A program made the position numbers and the translations under genes. Shown in pieces: positions 53,321 through 57,675 of a stretch of 57,675 nt of DNA (positions are counted from its first letter, which is position 1; the number at the start of each line of letters is the position of its first letter). Origin of the DNA: Priapulus caudatus. Lineage: Eukaryota. The stretch lies in contig NW_014577074.1 of assembly GCF_000485595.1 (NCBI RefSeq), positions 96,473-154,147 on the forward strand. Reading direction: 5' to 3'. Under the pieces are notes generated by a model. It had not been told where the DNA came from. It saw only the letters and a program-made list of their open reading frames with translations, and did not search any database.

Positions 53321-54522
53321 CTGTGAGATAATAAATGTTAGAGGCTGAGCAAAACTGACAGTGATATTTTATCCGATGCTGTTCATTATTTTTGCGTAAT
53401 TGTGTGTGGCGGGGTGGAGTGTGGTGTACGTGCGTGTGTGTATGCGTATTTGTGCAACGTAACCTTAGATTACATACGGGCCAAATTTTCGCCAGGGATC
53501 GAGCTAGTGCGCAAATACTAATTAGTGCGAAATCGCTACACTTTCCGATAAATCTGTAATCTACTCACTTTATTTCGCTGATTATGTCATAGATCTCCTG
53601 CAGTGATTGTGCGTCAGGTCCTGGCCGCCTGCCGCCTGTCACAGATCCGCGCTTACTCGTGCACCCTCGCTTATCTCTCGCCGTTGCGTGCTTGCTTATT
53701 GATCCTCGCCTGCTCATCGAGCCTAACGACCCTCTCCTTTCTCCGCCCCCGAAAATTTGTTTTGATGTCAATGACCCTCTTCTGTCCGTGGAAAGAAATG
53801 AACCGCTTCTCTCCGCGGCTAGGGAGGGTGGCTGCGATTGCAGCGAACCTTTTCTGTCCGTGGGCAGGAATGAACCTCTTCTCTCACCGTCTAGCGAGGG
53901 TGACTGCAATGGCAGTGAACCTCTCTTGCCCGTTGAAGGAAATGGTACTTTCATCTCCCCGTTGATTGAAGGTTTGCTAGATATGAATAACGCTGTCTTG
54001 TAGATGGATGCGAGCGACCCATTTCTCTCCCCGTTAACCGAAGGTAGCCTTGATGTCAATGATCCTCTTCTATCTCTGGAAGAGGGCGAATCCTTTTTTT
54101 CCCAGTTTACTGAAGGTCGCAGGGATAGCAGTGACCCTCTCCTGTCCAATCAGAGCAAAGAATTACGCGCCACGTTGTCATGCAATAGGCGTTTCCCCTG
54201 TTTCTATACATCTACTCACGATTTAATAATACTACTATGCTTACATACGTATTTATTTTAATATTCTATGTAGTAATATTATAGGCTACGCGAACTACGT
54301 TGCCACATTACCCATCTTGCGTTGACAGAATGCGTGGAAAAACGAGTCCAGAACCATGTGACGTCAGACTGCCATTGCTCTGTGGTGATTGAAGTCCCGT
54401 ATGCTTTGCAACTATGCTGTTTAAGCGCTTCACTAACATGCTGTCGCTCTTGTCCAGATGTTCACTCGTACTGTGTTTCTTAACCACGTCTCTGGTCAGA
54501 GGCTTGGTCGTAGGAGTTGCAA
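53005..54522 (-). CDS. 3' exons of a C16orf78/DUF4638-like protein (5' exons unresolved)
   Basis: Phase-compatible exons 54312-54522, 53569-54141 and 53005-53320 with AG/GT boundaries. The C-terminus INPKELLDCTYLRLSDNNVERLEKMCEDAGMLVGIHPH resembles, from memory, human C16orf78 KPEEVLSCRYLRLSKENIRTLLKLCKDAGMNVDIHPH. Confidence 0.72.
53569..54141 (-). CDS. Internal 573-nt exon with six 24-aa RRGS-rich repeats
   Basis: ctgattggacag| acceptor, AA|gtgagt donor; symmetric phase 2-2; open frame. Confidence 0.75.
54312..54522 (-). CDS. Internal exon (ATPTTKPLTRDVVKKHSTSEHLDKS...FPRILSTQDG)
   Basis: aattag| acceptor, GG|gtaatg donor; open frame in phase with the next exon. Confidence 0.6.
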
Positions 54523-54731
54523 CTAATTAAAAGTTAAGGTAATCATCTAATTACACGTGTTTGCGTGTTCAAAGACGTCACGGCGAAATGTAATAATTAA
54601 GAATTTTATATTTAAATCTAGAAAACCAGCCATACATGAATAGCTCTGCATCGTACTGGCCACACGAGTGCTTACAAGTTCCATATATACGTAAAAAAAC
54701 TGCCTGACGCGAATATATTTAAAACGAACAC

Positions 54732-54821
54732 GCGAAGGTTACTTTAAAATTAAATGTCGCTCATCCCGAGTACTTATAAGTACTCGGGATGAGCGACATT
54801 TAATTTCAAAGTAACCTTCGC
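54732..54821. repeat. 90-bp spacerless palindrome
   Basis: 45-bp arms centred on TTA/TAA, one mismatch. Confidence 0.9.
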
Positions 54822-55958
54822 CGTTTTCGTAAATAAATTAAAAATTAAAAATTAAATAAAATTAAATAAATAGAGTACACGTTACTCATCTCTAGTACTT
54901 ATAGAGTACGCGCTTCTCATCTCTAGTACTTATAGAGTACATGCTACTCATCCCAAGTAATTAGTTGCGTAGTGTGCACCGAGTCATCATTTTCGTTATT
55001 GGTTCGCATTACGCGCCGGAAGATGCTGGATTAAGCATAGCAGACGAACAAACAGGCTCTCGAATCGTTCTTGCCGTGATGCTGCTTGCTTCTGTCTGTA
55101 GTCATGGTGACGAGAGACTTGCAGAGATTTCTGTAGCTGGCCACGTTAAAATCGGGTTGTATGTAACCCATGCCCTCTTTCGACGCCGTAGATCTTTGTA
55201 TCAATAAAACATCGCATGTTATTATTTACACTCATACAAACTCTGGTAACACGTTCAAAAACGCATCGTTCAACTCTTTCACTGTAGTTGGTTCACTTCA
55301 TCGTTCAACTCTTTCACTCCAACTTCCACAAAAACGTATGGATGAGACAAGTTGGGGATTTGCTAAAATGTAAAATATATTTAGAATGAATGCTCTTATA
55401 ATCATTTGATCGTTTTGTTTAGTAAAAAACGTGAACGCTCTCCCTCTTTTTCGCGTAACGATCCATCGCTCACGTTTGCGCCTTTACGTTCTCTCGCACT
55501 TTCTCTTCATTTCATTTTCTGAAAATATATTATACTTACTCATAGTCACATGGACGATCTGTCATGCATTTTACTTGCATGCTTGCACACGTTTATGGAA
55601 AAATTCCTGGGTGAAGTTGTCTCCTATGGGTTACACAACCCGGAATTTATTGCAATTCACATTTCCCAGTTCCTTATCTGTCATCGCGATTATCACTAAT
55701 GATGACATCATCATAATATGACCAGTCCCAGCGTTCACATGGTAAAGTAAGCGTCATAACCGTGATGACGTCATTAACAATAAAAACAATTATAAGTAAC
55801 AATGACACTGCCGCGTCCGTGACCCACTGCTCTTGCACACTGCCACTCTAGTTCTGTTACCTGTGCCTGATTACCATGTGCTATACAAAATTATGACCAG
55901 TGCCCTCATTCATTGATATATAATTATTATTATTTAAATCTTACTATAAATTGGGGTT

Positions 55959-55989
<31 letters not shown>

Positions 55990-57384
55990 AGTGTAGTGTC
56001 GGCTATACGTTTCCGCCACAGCTCAAAGGATCTTTCAATTGGTACGAATCACGATAGCAGCTGGCTGTACAAGGTGCAACTCGAATTCGAGATACCTTAG
56101 TGCGAATTAGTTGGCTCTTGGATGCTTTAGCAGCGACGGCCCTTTTTATTATTTTATTGTTGCGTGAATTTTTTAACATAGCTACGAATAACGTATACTG
56201 CATGAGATCTGTATGGACTGCGATAGTGCTGAGCATTAAAATTAATAAGATTTACGCGTAAACTACAAAACAGCTTTAGCGATAAACAAATACACAAAAA
56301 ATACAGCTAAAAGAACAATGGCTTCTATACAAGTAGACTTTAAATCATTTCAACACTCATACGCACTAACACGCACGCGCTGACTCTCTGTATTATCCAC
56401 ACGCTACTTTACACATTAACACGTTGCACACAAACACCCCCACAACACACACACCACAACACCACACACACACACACACACCACAACCACATACAACAAT
56501 ATATATATATAATATATAATATATACGCACGCGGGCGTTTTGGCAGGTGCGAAGAAGAATATAATTATGTGCTGTTCGTATCTGGTTTTGAGTTATTATT
56601 ATTATTATTAACAATAATACTAAAAGTGCTATTGTATCTTGATGGAGGGAAGGGTGAAATTAAAAATACTCGTTCTGGTGAGAAATCGCTACTGTAAATC
56701 TACTCAGATGTGCCACGAGTAAATGCGTAAACTCGTGCATTCTATGTTTTCACAACTTACCGTGGCTGGTCCTCTACCCCTTCCCCCGCTCATACTTTCT
56801 TAGCGCTTTAGCTAGGCACTCGCACTAGCTACCCCTCTTCCGGGATGATCCCGGATTTGAAACTGTTATACAGATACGTACGGATGTAACAGAAGCTGTC
56901 CCCTTTTATCCGAAGAGCCCTGGCTGATTTCAACAATCTCACGCGAGACTATTGATCGAAACGCCATCACATCTACCTGCAGCATGCAATCCATTCCTGC
57001 CTAAATTATAATTGAATTCTGGCGATTCCACCCCGACCACAGCCCTTTGAAACCCCTTAACGATTTCATCTATCCAGATGTATAAAATTATGATTACTTT
57101 TATTTCCCATTCGTCTTATCACTTGCCGCGGCGGTGCGCAGAATGAAGAAGGTTGGACATAGCTGGGGAACCACGAGGAGGCTTGCGAAGCACGGACAGA
57201 AAATGTAGAGCTATGTCGCTGCTGCCTCAGGCCATAACTGGGAAACATAACTGGGACATAACCTTGAACAGGCTTGCGAAGGACAGATCGGAATGTAAAG
57301 CTGACGTTACCGTAATAGGCACCACGGCGGCGTAGAGATTCTGCGTGTATAGAGATTCTCACTAGATATATTCTATATATATAT

Positions 57385-57420
<36 letters not shown>

Positions 57421-57432
57421 CGCGAGAGAAAA

Positions 57433-57468
<36 letters not shown>

Positions 57469-57617
57469 CGAGAGAGAGAGAATGACAGAGGGGGAGAAAG
57501 AAGTCAACGAGGTTGCTTAACGGTTTAGCAGGAGTGCGATTGTGTGGTCTAAGTGTTCTACCTGTAAACGGTCTGCCATGCAGGCAGGTGGTGCGTCGTC
57601 CACAGTGTACGCCCTGC

Positions 57618-57620
57618 AGT

Positions 57621-57675
<55 letters not shown>
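57618..57675. repeat. (CAG)n microsatellite
   Basis: Directly visible at the window end. Confidence 0.95.

Noticed and set aside
54965..55373. Additional upstream exons of the C16orf78-like gene
   Set aside because: Every minus-strand frame tested from plausible acceptors hit a stop before a phase-compatible donor

Overview
Eukaryotic (metazoan, probably lophotrochozoan or annelid-like; an inference) genomic DNA containing three intron-rich genes and many transposons. (1) EMC8/9 on the minus strand: 5 coding exons, 9379-30290, 202 aa. (2) Casein kinase II alpha on the plus strand: 12 coding exons, 34440-49737, 381 aa. It lies head-to-head with EMC8/9, probably via a non-coding first exon ending at 30837. 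It has one GC-AG intron, a NAGNAG acceptor and a vertebrate-alpha-like Ser-Pro tail. (3) The 3' part of a convergent minus-strand gene with a C16orf78/DUF4638-like C-terminus and an exon of six 24-aa repeats rich in RRGS (PKA-type) motifs. The introns contain a decayed Ty3/Gypsy LTR element inserted in a (GATA)n tract and a frameshifted PIF/Harbinger element nested inside a Kolobok-type MITE. They also hold many non-autonomous DNA transposons (MULE-, AcademH-, hAT-, P-, Sola-, Tc2- and Helentron-type), several nested 2-3 deep. Almost all ORFs in the supplied track are microsatellite or repeat artefacts. There is a 10-N gap at 24372-24381, and some repeats show signs of uncorrected long-read indel errors. 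All calls were made by eye; family assignments rest on TIR/TSD signatures and recalled motifs, not on database searches.
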